From the human T2T-CHM13v2.0 reference genome, Homo sapiens, in assembly GCF_009914755.1 (NCBI RefSeq), contig NC_060941.1: a stretch of 64,000 nucleotides of DNA. One strand, written 5' to 3'. Positions within the stretch are counted from its first letter, which is position 1. Each line of letters begins with the position of its first letter. This document shows, piece by piece, positions 63,071 to 64,000 of the stretch. The position numbers were made by a program, and so were the translations under genes. Under the pieces are notes generated by a model. That model was not told the DNA's origin. It searched no databases and saw only the letters and a program-made list of their open reading frames with translations.

Positions 63071-63784
63071 GAGGCCGCCCGGCTCGCGGTCCCGAAGGGT
63101 TGACTTGAGCTTTTGTCCTGAGATGAAGGGAGCACGGGGCGGCCGAGGCTGCCCGTGGGGGTCTGTTCGGGCCGGGGGCGCCACGAAGTCCTGCCTAAGG
63201 GTCGGCTGCGGCCACCGGGGCACGAGTTCCCGGCGCTGCCCACGGGCTCGGAGACCGGCGGGGCCCAGGGGCCGTGCGCGCGGTCGCTCAGACCCTGATT
63301 AGGGAACTGGGGGAAGGAGGGGGGTCGGGACCCACCGAGGCCCGAAGTCGCCCCCACCATCCTGTGGGAACAACATCCTCAGGCACAGCCATTCCCAACC
63401 ATTCACATCCTCAGAAAAAGGCACGTGTCCGTATCCATCTGCGGATGGATGAACAGAGCCCGGCCCCGGGACAGAGCAGCCTGGCTCACCCGAACCCTCA
63501 GCCCGCAATTCTGCGTGGGAGTGGAGGGGGTGTTTGGTGTCTGGGAATTCCCCTGGTGGGGCAATAAGCCAGGGGTCTGGTGTCATCCTCCACCCACATT
63601 GTTAACACTGGATCACTCCTCTCCGTGCCGTGCCTGCAGCCCAGGCACCCTGCAGCCTGTCCTCCCCGAACCATGCGTCCTGGTAGAGCTGTCTCCCTCG
63701 CCCACAGTCCTCAGTCCCGCCTCACACACCAAACCCTCTTCTGCCTCAGGTCCTTTGCGCCAGTTGCCTCTGCCTAGACTTGGT

Positions 63785-64000
63785 TCCCTGGATGCCCCCT
63801 CCCCACCCCATGTGTATGTCCGGCTCCCTGGACCCACCCCCCACACTGTGTGTCTAGCCCCCTGGACCCACCCCCCACTCTGTGTCTAGTCCCCTGGACT
63901 CCCCTCCCCACCCCCTGTGTCTAGCTCCCTGGACCCCCAACCTGGCCCATGTGTCCAACTCCCAGGACCCCCCCACCCTGTGTCCAGCTCCCTGGTTTCC
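63785..64000. repeat. Degenerate C-rich ~35-40-bp tandem repeat upstream of the promoter
   Basis: Recurrent ccctggacc..ccccc.c.ctgtgtctag. Confidence 0.7.

Larger units (their letters stand above)
62340..63350. promoter_or_regulatory. CpG island / TATA-less promoter of CCDC57
   Basis: Very high GC and CpG density, GC boxes (ccccgcccc ~62487-62499), position 5' of all exons. Confidence 0.9.

Noticed and set aside
62185-63889. Pro/Arg/Gly-rich ORFs around the CpG island
   Set aside because: Stop-codon scarcity in GC-rich promoter DNA; no coding evidence

Overview
Human/hominoid genomic DNA, GC-rich and dense in Alu, L1 and LTR elements. It holds the 5' part of the centrosomal coiled-coil gene CCDC57 on the minus strand. 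I traced a CpG-island promoter and probable exon 1 (~62950-63070), a 202-nt non-coding exon 2 exonised from an antisense MER21 LTR (57752-57953), and 14 coding exons from the ATG at 51847 down to 1405. All coding exons have GT-AG boundaries and consistent phases (2455 coding nt, 818 codons + 1 nt). The gene continues beyond position 1. The introns carry at least seven minisatellites/VNTRs, several just downstream of splice donors, plus nested ERV LTRs with intact TSDs, a Tigger2 transposon, old L1 fragments and about 50 Alu copies. There is no prokaryotic system, CRISPR array or RNA gene. The most interesting observations are inferences: a two-uORF switch supplied by the LTR-derived exon, an Alu-mediated micro-inversion visible from a displaced TSD, a candidate poison exon with a hydrophobic tail, a (UG)23 tract before an in-frame exon, and inverted Alus tightly flanking exons 6-7. 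Repeat subfamily names come from recalled consensus sequences and need RepeatMasker confirmation.
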